Source: an uncultured Acidobacteriota bacterium (GTDB lineage Bacteria > Acidobacteriota > UBA6911). Taken from it: a DNA stretch of 64,000 bases. Position 1 is the stretch's first letter. Each line of letters opens with the position of its first letter. The notes under the pieces were generated by a model that saw only the letters and a list, made by a program, of their open reading frames with translations, was not told the origin of the DNA and did not search any database. The stretch spans positions 16,354 through 80,353 of the forward strand of contig CAZXSV010000002.1 of NCBI GenBank assembly GCA_964642735.1. Reading direction: 5' to 3'. The position numbers and the translations under genes were made by a program. Shown here piece by piece: positions 48,755-58,901 of the stretch.

Positions 48755-49735
48755 TCAGCCGAGATGCTTCGCGGATATTTCGAAAGCCTTTTTCCCGCGT
48801 TGGACGACAATTCTTCCCACAAATTTCGGCGCTCCCGCAACGCACATGTAGATCGGGTCGCCGACTCTCTCGTTCAACTGAATGACATCCCCCACCGCGA
48901 CTTTTAAAAGATCGTCGACCGTGAGATTGGAGCTGCGCATTTCACCGGCAAGAGAAACGGGAACCAGTTTCATCAGCTCAAAGATCCTCTCGGCTTCGTT
49001 GCTCGTGGATTTCTGCCTTCTCACGTTCCACTGCTGATCGAATTTGCCTCGAAGCAGCTTCAACAGGCGCGAGGGGATGCAAAGGTTCACCAAACCGGAG
49101 TTCTCCCCGATTTTCAGCTCGAAATGCACGGCGATAACCGCTTCGGCGGGGGAGACGATCTGGAACATTTGAGCCTTGGTTCCCTTCCCTTCGAGAAAGA
49201 AATCAAGTTCCATAATCGGAAGCCATGCGGCTCTCAGGTCCCGCATCGCCAGACGGATGACGCCTTCGATGATGTTCATCTCTATTTCGGTCAGGTTGCG
49301 GTTGGCGGTCAGCGAAAGACCCGCTCCCCCCAGGATCATGTCGATCATGGGAAAAACCAGAGACGGATTCAACTCCATCGCCATATTCCCGTCCAACGGA
49401 CGCATCCCGAGACTCGTGAACAACGTGGGGTCTGGAAGCGCTTTGATGAAGGCGGCATAGGATATCTGTTCAAGAGAGACGAGGTTCACCTCGACGAAAG
49501 CGCGCAGATATGCGGAAAGTGAAGATGCAAAATTGCGCCCGAAATATTCGTGCAGGAGGTGAATCGACCTCATCTGGTCCTGCGATATCCGATCCGCGCG
49601 ATGGAAGTCGTAATTGACGATTTTGCGGGCGGAAGCCGCGGCGATTTTATCCTGCGACGAAACTGCGCCTGCATCTTCGGAGGACATCGCCGAAAACAGA
49701 GCGTTGATTTCTTCCTGCGATAGTACCTTTTCCAT
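48755..49735 (-). CDS. fliM: Flagellar switch protein FliM
   Basis: N-terminal CheY-P-binding-type LSQEEINALF, a middle FliM domain, and a C-terminal SpoA-like region. Confidence 0.9.
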   Translation of the reverse strand: MEKVLSQEEINALFSAMSSEDAGAVSSQDKIAAASARKIVNYDFHRADRISQDQMRSIHLLHEYFGRNFASSLSAYLRAFVEVNLVSLEQISYAAFIKALPDPTLFTSLGMRPLDGNMAMELNPSLVFPMIDMILGGAGLSLTANRNLTEIEMNIIEGVIRLAMRDLRAAWLPIMELDFFLEGKGTKAQMFQIVSPAEAVIAVHFELKIGENSGLVNLCIPSRLLKLLRGKFDQQWNVRRQKSTSNEAERIFELMKLVPVSLAGEMRSSNLTVDDLLKVAVGDVIQLNERVGDPIYMCVAGAPKFVGRIVVQRGKKAFEISAKHLG

Positions 49736-49750
49736 AGTATCGACCGGCTG

Positions 49751-50515
49751 CTATTCTTGCCCGTTCACTTTTTTCAGTTTAGTCCGCAGTCTCAGCATCG
49801 CCTTGGTATGGAGTTGAGACACGCGGGACTCGTTGACGCCGAGCACCTTCCCGATTTCTTTCATCGTGAGCTCGTCGAAGTAATACAGCGAAACGACCAG
49901 ACGTTCCTTTTTGGGAAGCGTGTCGATGGCGACGCTCAGGATGCTTTGGATCTCCGTCTTATGAAAAACGAAAAAAGGATCCATGTGGGGCGCGTCCGGG
50001 ATGTATTTGACCAGGGGCTCGGGGTTTTTGTCCTCATCCTGCGAGGAAAGCTCCTGGAAGCTTCCGAGGTTCAATCCCTTGATCTGATCCACAAGCTCAT
50101 AGAATTCATCAAGCGTGATTTCCATGGCCTCGCAGACTTCCTTGTCGCTGGCCGGGCGGCCCAATCGCTGCTCGAGTTCCCTGTAAACTCGCTCCAGATC
50201 TTTGCTTTTCTTGCGGAGCGAGCGGGGCGCCCAGTCGAGGTTGCGCAAACTGTCCAGGATGGCGCCCTTGATGCGCAGTTCGGCGTAGGTTTTGAATTTG
50301 ACACCCCGGTTTGGATCAAATTTCTCGATTGCGTCCAGCAATCCAAGAATGCCCGCGCTTACCAGGTCGTTCAATTCGACATGAGACGGGAGTTTTGTGG
50401 AAATCCGCTGGGCGATGTATTTGATTTGGGGCAAATGCTCCAAAATCAATCCATCCCGCTCGGCGTTGTTGGGGACTGGCGTTTCGTATATTTTCTGGCT
50501 CATCGAGTCCTGCAT
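49751..50515 (-). CDS. fliA: Flagellar sigma factor FliA (sigma28)
   Basis: Regions 2-4 of a group-3 sigma factor: DLVSAGILGLLDAIEKFDP, YAELRIKGAILDSLR, LTMKEIGKVLGVNESRVSQLHTKAMLRLR. Confidence 0.9.
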   Translation of the reverse strand: MQDSMSQKIYETPVPNNAERDGLILEHLPQIKYIAQRISTKLPSHVELNDLVSAGILGLLDAIEKFDPNRGVKFKTYAELRIKGAILDSLRNLDWAPRSLRKKSKDLERVYRELEQRLGRPASDKEVCEAMEITLDEFYELVDQIKGLNLGSFQELSSQDEDKNPEPLVKYIPDAPHMDPFFVFHKTEIQSILSVAIDTLPKKERLVVSLYYFDELTMKEIGKVLGVNESRVSQLHTKAMLRLRTKLKKVNGQE

Positions 50516-50666
50516 TTTCTTTTCCCTCTTACAGGGCCGCCGATCTTTCTGCGCCCCTGCAGGCTATTCTGTTGGCATATCCGTCTCCCTAAAGAGGATC
50601 AGGAGACGTGGGCTATTCAAGTCGCTGCCGTGCCGCAATTTCAAAGCCGCATGCACGGCAAAAGGA

Positions 50667-51509
50667 TTAATTGACCCAATCATTGAGGAGCTTCTCCCAC
50701 ACCAGGCCGTCCCCGGATTGCCGCGAGTTTTCCTGCTGAGCGATCCGACGGGCCAAATCACGAAAGCATTGGCTCGCGCGGGCGTCGGGAAAACGGTGGG
50801 TGACCAGCATTTGGCTGCGCACGGCTTGCGGGACGTGAGAATCGCGCTCAATATGGCCTAGGTAGTCGACTTCCCGGTTAAGGAACCGCTTGACTACCGA
50901 GTTGATTTGACAGTAAACCTCATACGCTTCTTCGGTGTTCTCGACCGAATTGACGAGAACATGAATCGGCTTTTTATGTTCCTCCGCCACGATTATTTTG
51001 ATGACCGCGTAAGCGTCGACGATAGCCGTCGGCTCCGGCGCGCTGACCACAATGACGTTTTGAGAAGAAAGCAAAAAATGAATCACGTTTCGCGATATTC
51101 CGGCCGCGGTGTCGATAATGAAGTAGTCCGTATCCGCGTCCAGGTTTGCAAAGCTTTCCACCAAGTGATTCCGCTGCGCCAGAGTCAACTCGGACATTCG
51201 CTGCAGGCCGGAGCTGGCGGGTATGATCCGGATCCCCTTCGGCCCTTGAACCATTATTTCCGTCAACGACTTGTTGCCGAACAGCACATGTCCAAGGTGG
51301 TAGCGCGGGGTCAAACCGAGGAGAACGTCCAGGTTCGCCAATCCGAAGTCCGCATCCAGCACGACAACCTTCTTGCCCATTTCGGACAGGCTGACGGATA
51401 AATTGGCAACCACGTTCGTTTTCCCGACTCCGCCTTTTCCGCTGGTTACAGCCAGGATTTTTGGGCCTTGCGTTTTGACTTGCGGAATCAGTTCCTTGGA
51501 CTTCTTCAT
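50667..51509 (-). CDS. flhG: MinD-type ATPase FlhG (FleN/YlxH)
   Basis: Deviant Walker A SGKGGVGKT. ATG 51509 has an AAGGAAG SD. The track start 51566 would add 19 atypical residues. Confidence 0.85.
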   Translation of the reverse strand: MKKSKELIPQVKTQGPKILAVTSGKGGVGKTNVVANLSVSLSEMGKKVVVLDADFGLANLDVLLGLTPRYHLGHVLFGNKSLTEIMVQGPKGIRIIPASSGLQRMSELTLAQRNHLVESFANLDADTDYFIIDTAAGISRNVIHFLLSSQNVIVVSAPEPTAIVDAYAVIKIIVAEEHKKPIHVLVNSVENTEEAYEVYCQINSVVKRFLNREVDYLGHIERDSHVPQAVRSQMLVTHRFPDARASQCFRDLARRIAQQENSRQSGDGLVWEKLLNDWVN

Positions 51510-51570
51510 TTCAACTTCCTTGTTCGTTTCCGGAAAGCTTTGAATTCGACAGGACGCTGGCTTCATACTT

Positions 51571-52755
51571 TTATTCCTTGAATGCGTGCTGATTTCGGTT
51601 GAGAAGGATTTCTATAATTCGTTCTCTCGGGAAAGCGTGCAAATCATCCGGAACCCTTTGTCCATCCGTGTAATAAGAAAAGGGTTTCCGAGTCCGGACA
51701 AGCTCGTTCAGAATCGGGCCGGGGGTGTCCGTTTCATCCAGTTTCGTAAACAGCAGATGGTCCGGGCTGCATATTTCGAACTGGTCCATGTTCTTACGCA
51801 TGTCGGATTCTTTCATCGTGGCGCTCAATACCAGGTGCCGCTCGATTTTTTGCGAGCCCTTGAGATAAACCGCCAGTTCGCTCATGGCGTTCAAGTCTCT
51901 GGGGCCCCGGCCGGCCGTGTCGATCAGGATGTAATCGCGCTGGCTGTTTTCTTCCAGGATTCGGGACAGGTCCGAAACCTGATCGGCGAACCGGAACGGG
52001 ATTCCCATAAGCCCCGCATAGATTTTCAGCTGTTCGATGGCGCCGATGCGGCATCCGTCCAGAGTCATTAAAAGCACTCTTTTTTTCTTCTGAAGCGCCA
52101 GGCAAGCCGCCAGCTTGGCGATGGAAGTCGTCTTCCCCACGCCCGTAGGCCCCACGAAGGCCACGACTTTTTTGGCGGGCATTCCATTTGAATTGGATTC
52201 GGCGGCGACCAGGCTTGCCGCCGCCCCAGCGGCGGCTCGAACCAAGGCGGCGCGGTTGCGCCGGTGGCCCGCGGAAAGAGATTCGAGAGCCTTGGCGAGC
52301 AGATCGCGCGCCAGCGCCGGCGCCACTCCGCAGTTTACAAGGTCCTGGTACAAAACCGCCGCCGCGCGCCCTTTGAAAGGCGAACTGTTTGCCTCTTCCG
52401 TTTCCGCGGGTTCGTCCGCGACGGCGGCGTTCCGGCCCTTCGAAGGTTTTTTGAAATCTTTTTTCGACAGCATCGAAGCGCGAGAGTATGTGGGGGCCAG
52501 CGGATCGGAAATATCCGCCGGCGCAAGGAGAGAACTTCCGGCAGGCGCGACGATTTCGCCGGAGGGTTCGTAGAGGTCGACTTCCTCATGACTGTCGCTT
52601 GCGGCGACAACTTCCACTCCTGAAGACCGGCCCCAGGCGCCGGATCGGCGCGGAATCTCTTTTGTCGACAGGATCAGCGCCTCGTCGCCTAAACGCTCTT
52701 TGACTTCCCTCAGAGCCTCGGACATTGTTTTGGCATAGAAAGTCTTGATCTTCAT
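51571..52755 (-). CDS. flhF: SRP-type GTPase FlhF
   Basis: G1 GPTGVGKTT, G3 DTAGR, G4 TKLDET. Confidence 0.9.
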   Translation of the reverse strand: MKIKTFYAKTMSEALREVKERLGDEALILSTKEIPRRSGAWGRSSGVEVVAASDSHEEVDLYEPSGEIVAPAGSSLLAPADISDPLAPTYSRASMLSKKDFKKPSKGRNAAVADEPAETEEANSSPFKGRAAAVLYQDLVNCGVAPALARDLLAKALESLSAGHRRNRAALVRAAAGAAASLVAAESNSNGMPAKKVVAFVGPTGVGKTTSIAKLAACLALQKKKRVLLMTLDGCRIGAIEQLKIYAGLMGIPFRFADQVSDLSRILEENSQRDYILIDTAGRGPRDLNAMSELAVYLKGSQKIERHLVLSATMKESDMRKNMDQFEICSPDHLLFTKLDETDTPGPILNELVRTRKPFSYYTDGQRVPDDLHAFPRERIIEILLNRNQHAFKE

Positions 52756-52756
52756 C

Positions 52757-54841
52757 CTATGTCACCATCCCCAGCGAAAGAATGCGGACGTTTGGCGGTA
52801 TCTCGTTGTGCGACAGAATAGCCACGTTTGGCAGAAACCGTTCGAGCAGCTGCCGAACGTACATTCGAATGCTTGGAGAGCAAAGGACTACGGGATTGCC
52901 GCTGGCGCCGGCCGACTCCACCGTCCGGCGGAACCGGGTCATTATGTCTTTCGCCTGCCTGGGCTCGAGCGCAAGATAGGATCCCTGCTCGGAATGCACG
53001 ACGCCGTCCGATATGCTTTTTTCCAAATCGGGGGCGACCGTAAACACAGGCAGGTCGCCGTCGTCAGTCTGATAGGGTTTGCAGATGGAACGGCCCAGGG
53101 ACTGACGGCAGTACTCGGTAAGCGCAGCGGCGTTCTTCGTATAGGCGCCGTAATCCGCCAGCGTCTCCAGAATGGTGACGGCGTCCCGGATGCTGACCCG
53201 CTCCTTGAGCAGGTTCTGCAAAACCTTCTGAATTTCACCGACCGACAGGACTTTCGGAACCAGCTCTTCGACGACTTTCGAATGCGTTTTTGATACCGCA
53301 TCCAATAGGTTTTTGGTTTCCTGACGTCCAAGGAGTTCGCAAGCCTGGGATTTGATAATTTCGGTCAGGTGCGTTGCGAGCACCGTTGCGGGATCGACCA
53401 AGGTATAGCCGGCAAGTTGAGCCCTCTCACGATCCTGAGCCTTGATCCAGCGGGCTGCGAGCCCAAAAGCCGGCTCCACGGTCGCGAGCCCCTGGATTTC
53501 CTCTCGAGCTGTGCCCGGATTGATCGCCAACAAGTGGTCCTGCATCAGTTCTCCTCGGGCGATTTGAATTCCCTTAAGCAGTATTGCGTACTGCCTGGGG
53601 CTCAGCTGCAGATTGTCGGTAATATGAACCGGCGGAACGATCAGTCCCATTTCAAGGGCGATCTGCCGGCGGATGGATTTAATGCGATCCAGGAAATCTC
53701 CGCCCTGGCTGGCGTCGACATACCGGATCAGCCCGTACCCCATTTCGATCCCGAGCAGGTCCACCCTCAAAAGCCCTTCAACCTTCTCCTTTGGTTTTTC
53801 CGCTTCCGCTTTTTCCGTCCTTGCTCTTTCCAGAAGAAGCTTTTCGCTCTGTTCGGCCTTTCGTCTCTTGAAGGCCAGAACTGCCGTCAGGGAACCGAGG
53901 ATGAAAAACGGAAAAAACGGAAGGCCCGGAACAAGGCCGAAGAAGAAAAGGAATCCCGAACCGATTGCGACGGGTATGTGATTCGCCAACAATTGACGGG
54001 CCACATCCTCTCCCAGGTTCGACTCGGAGGTCGCACGGGTGGTTATGATGCCGCCGGCGACCGAAATGAGCAGTGAAGGGATCGCCGTCACCAGTCCGTC
54101 GCCAATCGTCAAAATTGTGAATCTTCTGGCGGCGTCCGGCAGTTCCATTCCAAACTGCATAACGCCGATCAAAAATCCGCCGATGATGTTGATCGCCAGG
54201 ATTATCATGCTTGCAATGGCGTCGCGCGACGTAAAACGAATGGCGCCGTCCATCGCCCCATAAAACTCCGCCTCCTTGGATATTTCGGCTCTTCGCTGTC
54301 GCGCTTCGGCTTCGTTGATGATCCCGGCGTTCATGTCCGCGTCAATGCTCATTTGCTTGCCGGGCATCGCATCCAGGGTGAATCGAGCCGTAACTTCGGA
54401 AATACGGACGGCGCCATGATTGATGACAATGTATTGGATCGCCATCAGGACCAGAAAAACGACGATGCCGACGAAATAATTGCCGCCGACCACAAACTGG
54501 CCGAAGGACTGGATAACCTTGCCCGCTGCGTCTTCGCCTTCCGCCCCCCGCAGCAGGATCAGCCTGGTCGACGCCACATTCAAAGAAAGACGGAATAGAG
54601 TGACGATAAGGAGGAGCGATGGAAATACCGAAAAGTGCACAGGCTGCAATATGTACATCGAAACCAGCATGATGATGATCGACAGCGTTATATTCAGGCT
54701 GATCAGCAGATCCATCACCACGGGCGGCATGGGAAGCACCATAACAAGCAAAATTCCCATGACCCCGACCGGAATGATCAGATGGAACTTTCCCAGGAGA
54801 TCCGAAAAGCCCGACAATGTCGATTTCGCTAGAACGCTCAT
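52757..54841 (-). CDS. flhA: Export gate protein FlhA
   Basis: 694 aa. FHxxPSxLL-type region, QFVVGGNYFVGIVVF, and a large cytoplasmic C-domain. Confidence 0.95.
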   Translation of the reverse strand: MSVLAKSTLSGFSDLLGKFHLIIPVGVMGILLVMVLPMPPVVMDLLISLNITLSIIIMLVSMYILQPVHFSVFPSLLLIVTLFRLSLNVASTRLILLRGAEGEDAAGKVIQSFGQFVVGGNYFVGIVVFLVLMAIQYIVINHGAVRISEVTARFTLDAMPGKQMSIDADMNAGIINEAEARQRRAEISKEAEFYGAMDGAIRFTSRDAIASMIILAINIIGGFLIGVMQFGMELPDAARRFTILTIGDGLVTAIPSLLISVAGGIITTRATSESNLGEDVARQLLANHIPVAIGSGFLFFFGLVPGLPFFPFFILGSLTAVLAFKRRKAEQSEKLLLERARTEKAEAEKPKEKVEGLLRVDLLGIEMGYGLIRYVDASQGGDFLDRIKSIRRQIALEMGLIVPPVHITDNLQLSPRQYAILLKGIQIARGELMQDHLLAINPGTAREEIQGLATVEPAFGLAARWIKAQDRERAQLAGYTLVDPATVLATHLTEIIKSQACELLGRQETKNLLDAVSKTHSKVVEELVPKVLSVGEIQKVLQNLLKERVSIRDAVTILETLADYGAYTKNAAALTEYCRQSLGRSICKPYQTDDGDLPVFTVAPDLEKSISDGVVHSEQGSYLALEPRQAKDIMTRFRRTVESAGASGNPVVLCSPSIRMYVRQLLERFLPNVAILSHNEIPPNVRILSLGMVT

Positions 54842-54892
54842 CTTTCTGTTGCATTCCCAAGTTTCAATTTGATCGCTCGAAGCATAAGACTA

Positions 54893-54908
54893 CGCAATTT
54901 GCATACCA
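54893..54908 (-). promoter_or_regulatory. Weaker sigma54-like element upstream of flhA
   Basis: Minus strand TGGTATGCAAATTGCG. GG and GC are at the same spacing as the three better sites. -12 element 53 nt from the flhA ATG. Confidence 0.35.
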
Positions 54909-54938
54909 TTGCGGCGGGGAGCACGATTGCGAGACGGT

Positions 54939-56006
54939 TCATCGATAGATAACGCTTTTAGCCTTATAGATATAGGCCAGAATTTCCGCTACAGCCCGGT
55001 AAAGATTGCCTGGAATGAACTCCCCGATTTCGACCGTTTTATAGAGGTTTTGCGCCAAAGGCTTGTTTTCCACTATGGGAATGTCATGCATTTGTGCCAA
55101 CTCTCGTATCTTAAGCGCCAAAAAACCGACACCTTTAGCGATCACTTTCGGGGCTTCCATGAAATCGGCTTTGTAGGAAAGCGCTACCGCATAATGCGTG
55201 GGGTTGGTGATGACGACATCGGCCTTCGGCACATCGGCCATCATTCGTTTGCGGGCCATTTCCCGTTGAATTCTGCGGATCCGGCCCTTAATGATCGGGT
55301 CCCCTTCCTGCTCTTTATAATCCTCTTTAACCTCCTGTTTGGTCATTTTCAGCTGTTCGGTGAAACGGTATTTCTGGAAGCAATAGTCGGCGATGGCCAG
55401 AACGATCAGCAGCACGGCCACGCGGATTAAAATTTCGAAGCTGATAACGGCCGTCCAATAAAGAAGCTTCTTGGGGTCCATTAAGACCAGTCTTGGATAC
55501 AAATAAGTGTATTTGGAAACAACCTGGTAGCTTATGTAAGACACGGCGCCGATCATCACCAGGCTTTTGGCCAGTTCCACAAGACCGTTTTTTGAAAATA
55601 TCCGTTTCAGTCCATTCTTCGGGTTCAGCTTTTCGAAATGAAATCCGAGCGGTTCAGCCGAAAGCACCCACCCTCCCTGCAATATATTCAGCGAAACCGA
55701 AAGAATCATAGCCGCGAGCAGGATCGGCATCACCACGGCGCTCATTCGAAAGCTCGAATCGAAAAAGAGTTTCGACAGGTAGTCCTGGGTAATCTCCGAC
55801 GGCACGCCGGAGGAAAGCAGTCGCCGCATTTCATTTTGAAGAGATTGCAGAAAGAACGGGCCGTAATAGGCAAGCATTAAAAGCACGCCGACAAGCGCTG
55901 CAGTCGCGGGGACTTCCCTGCTTCGCGCCACCTGGCCCTTTTCACGCGCCTGCCGGATTCTCCTGGCTGTAGGTTTTTCCGACTTATTGTCGCTTCCGCC
56001 GGCCAT
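54939..56006 (-). CDS. flhB: Export gate / substrate-specificity switch protein FlhB
   Basis: KSEKPT.RRIRQAREKGQVARS N-terminus and the NPTH autocleavage site (VVITNPTHYAVAL). Confidence 0.95.
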   Translation of the reverse strand: MAGGSDNKSEKPTARRIRQAREKGQVARSREVPATAALVGVLLMLAYYGPFFLQSLQNEMRRLLSSGVPSEITQDYLSKLFFDSSFRMSAVVMPILLAAMILSVSLNILQGGWVLSAEPLGFHFEKLNPKNGLKRIFSKNGLVELAKSLVMIGAVSYISYQVVSKYTYLYPRLVLMDPKKLLYWTAVISFEILIRVAVLLIVLAIADYCFQKYRFTEQLKMTKQEVKEDYKEQEGDPIIKGRIRRIQREMARKRMMADVPKADVVITNPTHYAVALSYKADFMEAPKVIAKGVGFLALKIRELAQMHDIPIVENKPLAQNLYKTVEIGEFIPGNLYRAVAEILAYIYKAKSVIYR

Positions 56007-56013
56007 ACGCCCT

Positions 56014-56793
56014 CTAAATCATCCTGTGCACGAACGAGAATAGCGTTTCGTGCAACGACGCATAGATCGTTTCCAGAAAACGCGGGACAAAATAGAATGA
56101 AAAACCCAAACACGTGAAGCCGATCAAAAGCTTCAGGGGCATCCCGACTATGAGTATGTTCACCTGGTGCGCGGCCCTTCCGAGCATCCCCATGACGACA
56201 TCGGTAATCACGCTGACCGCAATCACCGGCCCCGCAAGCCTGAGCCCGATGGTCAGGACCTCCGAGGAGAGTTGAACCATGCGTTCCACAAGCGGTGCGT
56301 CGAGTTGAATCCCCCCTATCGGCAGGTAGTTGAAACTGTCATTGATCGCCAGGAGAAACCAGTGATGGCCGTTCAAAAGCAGGAAAAAAAGAAGGGCGAT
56401 ATAATTGTTCAAAAAAGAAAACACGGGCGCCTCGACGTTGCTTTGAGGGTCTATGAGGTTGATAAGAGAAAATCCCAACTGAAAAGAGACAATCTGCCCG
56501 GCGAACTGGAATCCTGCAAAAACGAAGGATGCGGCCAGGCCGAGTATGACGCCGAACATTATTTCGCCGAGAAACATGGGAACGATGTCGCCCATGCCCG
56601 CGCCTGTCGGCAGAGTTTTGAGCGGCATCGCAGGAGTCAGGGCCAGCGTCAACAACAACGAAAATATTATCCGGGAGTGAACGGGAATAGACTGACTGCC
56701 GAAGAAAGGGGCAAAGAGCATCAATCCGGTTATGCGCATGAGAACGATCGCAAAACGCAGGATCTCTTCAATGGAAATCGGGAAAGCGGTCAT
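56014..56793 (-). CDS. fliR: Export gate protein FliR
   Basis: 259-aa polytopic membrane protein in the fliPQR-flhB position. Confidence 0.9.
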   Translation of the reverse strand: MTAFPISIEEILRFAIVLMRITGLMLFAPFFGSQSIPVHSRIIFSLLLTLALTPAMPLKTLPTGAGMGDIVPMFLGEIMFGVILGLAASFVFAGFQFAGQIVSFQLGFSLINLIDPQSNVEAPVFSFLNNYIALLFFLLLNGHHWFLLAINDSFNYLPIGGIQLDAPLVERMVQLSSEVLTIGLRLAGPVIAVSVITDVVMGMLGRAAHQVNILIVGMPLKLLIGFTCLGFSFYFVPRFLETIYASLHETLFSFVHRMI

Positions 56794-56858
56794 TTCATCC
56801 CTGGTTCGGCGTGACGTCGGTTATGGATTGGAGGCGCAATCCCGCAGTCGAGAGACTG

Positions 56859-57128
56859 TCATCGCGCGAATCGTTCCAAATGTCCCAGCAGCTGGGTGGA
56901 AAACGCCAACAGAATCCTCATCATCCAGGGAAAAGCGAAAAGAAAAACAACGAAAACCGCAAGGATCCTGGGGACGAATGTCAGCGTCATGTCTTGGATG
57001 GATGTAACAACCTGAAAAATGCTGATGACGATCCCGATGACGAGCGAAATGATGAGCATGGGCGCGCTGATCATCAGCGTGATCTCGAGCGTGTCCTTGG
57101 CCAACTTCAATATCACGTCCTGACTCAT
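56859..57128 (-). CDS. fliQ: Export gate protein FliQ
   Basis: 89 aa, two TM segments; MISAPMLIISLVIGIVISIFQVVTSIQDMTL. Confidence 0.9.
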   Translation of the reverse strand: MSQDVILKLAKDTLEITLMISAPMLIISLVIGIVISIFQVVTSIQDMTLTFVPRILAVFVVFLFAFPWMMRILLAFSTQLLGHLERFAR

Positions 57129-57167
57129 GCGTTTAGTCTCCGGATGCGGGCTTTGAACCCGGATCTA

Positions 57168-57947
57168 CTAGAAATAGAAAGTCTTGACAAGAGAGCCGAT
57201 GACCAAATTCCATCCATCCACCATCACAAAAAGCAGAATCTTGAATGGAGTCGAGACAACGACGGGAGGAAGCTGCATCATCCCCATGGCCAGGAGCACC
57301 GACGCGACCACCATGTCAATGATCAGAAATGGGATAAAAAGAACGAATCCTATCTGAAACGCCTTTTTCAATTCTGAAATCATGAAACTCGGAATAAGAA
57401 TGCGCATCGGGACGGACTTCATGTCCCTCGGCTTCTTCTCCTTCGCTATATTCAGAAAGAGCCCCAGATCTTTCTCGCGCGTATAGCGCACCATAAATTC
57501 CCTGAGAGGGACGCAGGCTCTGTCCAGCGCCTGCATTTCGGTGATTTTCCCGTCCATCATGGGTTGAAGAGCGTCCTGGTTGATGCGTTCCCCGACGGGT
57601 TGCATGATGAAATAGGTCAAAAAAAGGGCCAGGCCTATAAGAACCTGATTCGGCGGCATGGTTTGAGTCCCGAGCGCCTGGCGCAAGAAATGAGAGACGA
57701 CAAGGATGCGGGTAAAGGAGGTCACCGAAACCAGGATCGCCGGCGCCAGCGATAAAACAGTCATCAGGACCAGTATCTGAAGCGGGGTCGTCAGCCCTCC
57801 CCGGTTTTCGCCGCCTCCAATTCGAATCTCCACCCCTGAAAAATTTTTTTCTGCGGCGAACCCATTTTCCGCAAGAATGAACGAGCCTATCAGTGCAATG
57901 AAAAGCAAAAGCGCTATGCGGCGATTCCCTGGCATTAGATTTTTCAT
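57168..57947 (-). CDS. fliP: Export gate protein FliP
   Basis: SFTRILVV.HFLRQALGTQ..PPNQVLIGLALFLT.FIM.P and PFLIIDMVVASVLLAMGMMQLPP. Confidence 0.95.
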   Translation of the reverse strand: MKNLMPGNRRIALLLFIALIGSFILAENGFAAEKNFSGVEIRIGGGENRGGLTTPLQILVLMTVLSLAPAILVSVTSFTRILVVSHFLRQALGTQTMPPNQVLIGLALFLTYFIMQPVGERINQDALQPMMDGKITEMQALDRACVPLREFMVRYTREKDLGLFLNIAKEKKPRDMKSVPMRILIPSFMISELKKAFQIGFVLFIPFLIIDMVVASVLLAMGMMQLPPVVVSTPFKILLFVMVDGWNLVIGSLVKTFYF

Positions 57948-57961
57948 GAGATTGCGCCGGG

Positions 57962-58579
57962 CTATCCCCGCTCCAGAGCTTCTCTGAGCTGGCGCATTTT
58001 CGTTCGGAGATCTTCCGGAAGCGGATGCCCTGTTTGAAGCGTCGAACGATTTTTCTCCGACTCAAAAATATTTCTAAAAGGGCGCTTGGATCCCTTTTTG
58101 GATTCCTTGCCGGGTTCAACCGGCGGGATTTCCGGTTCCGAAACCAGAGAGACGGCGTCCGGCAGGGCTGTAAGAAAACTGATCTGTTGCGCGGTGTTGC
58201 CTATCAAATACCGGCTGTTGGCCACCTGGATGAGCGATATGGACCGGCGGTCTCCCATCGGCAATGTTTCAACAACCTTGAGGGTTTTTCCCGCGGTGCA
58301 TTTTGCAAAATACTGAGGAGCGATTTTTTTTAATCCGAAAAAGCCGCCTGCAATCAAGCTGAGCACCAGTCCCAGCCCCCCGATAGTCTGAAAAACCGGG
58401 AATTGGTATTCTTCCATCGGCGCTTCAGCCGCAGGACTTGAAGCTTGCATCGACGCGGATTCCATAGGGGGCGCCGCAGGAGACGAATTCGCATCCTCGG
58501 ATTTGGAAGAGGGCGACGCCAAAACCAGACCTGCGAATATGAAAAAAAGCGCAATTGACAGAAATGGCTTCACAAACAA
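57962..58579 (-). CDS. fliO: FliO/FliZ-type flagellar biosynthesis protein
   Basis: Single TM segment followed by LKVVETLPMGDRRSISLIQVANSRYLIGNT. Position upstream of fliP. Confidence 0.6.
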   Translation of the reverse strand: MFVKPFLSIALFFIFAGLVLASPSSKSEDANSSPAAPPMESASMQASSPAAEAPMEEYQFPVFQTIGGLGLVLSLIAGGFFGLKKIAPQYFAKCTAGKTLKVVETLPMGDRRSISLIQVANSRYLIGNTAQQISFLTALPDAVSLVSEPEIPPVEPGKESKKGSKRPFRNIFESEKNRSTLQTGHPLPEDLRTKMRQLREALERG

Positions 58580-58583
58580 TCTC

Positions 58584-58901
58584 CTATGTCAGCGTATTGA
58601 AATCTGTTAGCCGAATCCCCGTGCTGCCTTCCAATTCAAGGACCTCGCCAAAAGCGATGAGGCGCTCATTGACCAAAATGTCGACGTTTTCTCCGGCGGA
58701 CTTTGGCAGTTCAACAATTGAATTCACTTGCAGCTGCAATATTTCGCGCACCTTCATATCGCACCTGGCAAGCTGAATGGCGATCTTCATCGGGACATTC
58801 AGGAAATGGCTCATCAGATCCATTTCCTTCTCCAATATTGCTTCTTTTGCGTTTGCGGTTTCGGACATGGCAGGCAATCTCTCGCTAGAGCTGAACGACA
58901 A
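58584..58901 (-). CDS. Second FliN/SpoA-family switch-complex paralog
   Basis: FLNVPMKIAIQLARCDMKVREILQLQVNSIVELPKSAGENVDILVNERLIAFGEVLELEGSTGIRL is a SpoA (FliN C-terminal) domain. Confidence 0.75.
   Translation of the reverse strand: MSFSSSERLPAMSETANAKEAILEKEMDLMSHFLNVPMKIAIQLARCDMKVREILQLQVNSIVELPKSAGENVDILVNERLIAFGEVLELEGSTGIRLTDFNTLT

Noticed and set aside
57316-58119. 267-aa minus-strand ORF overlapping fliP and fliO out of frame.
   Set aside because: The fliP and fliO frames have clear family signatures. The alternative frame is Arg/Pro/Ser-rich with no motif.
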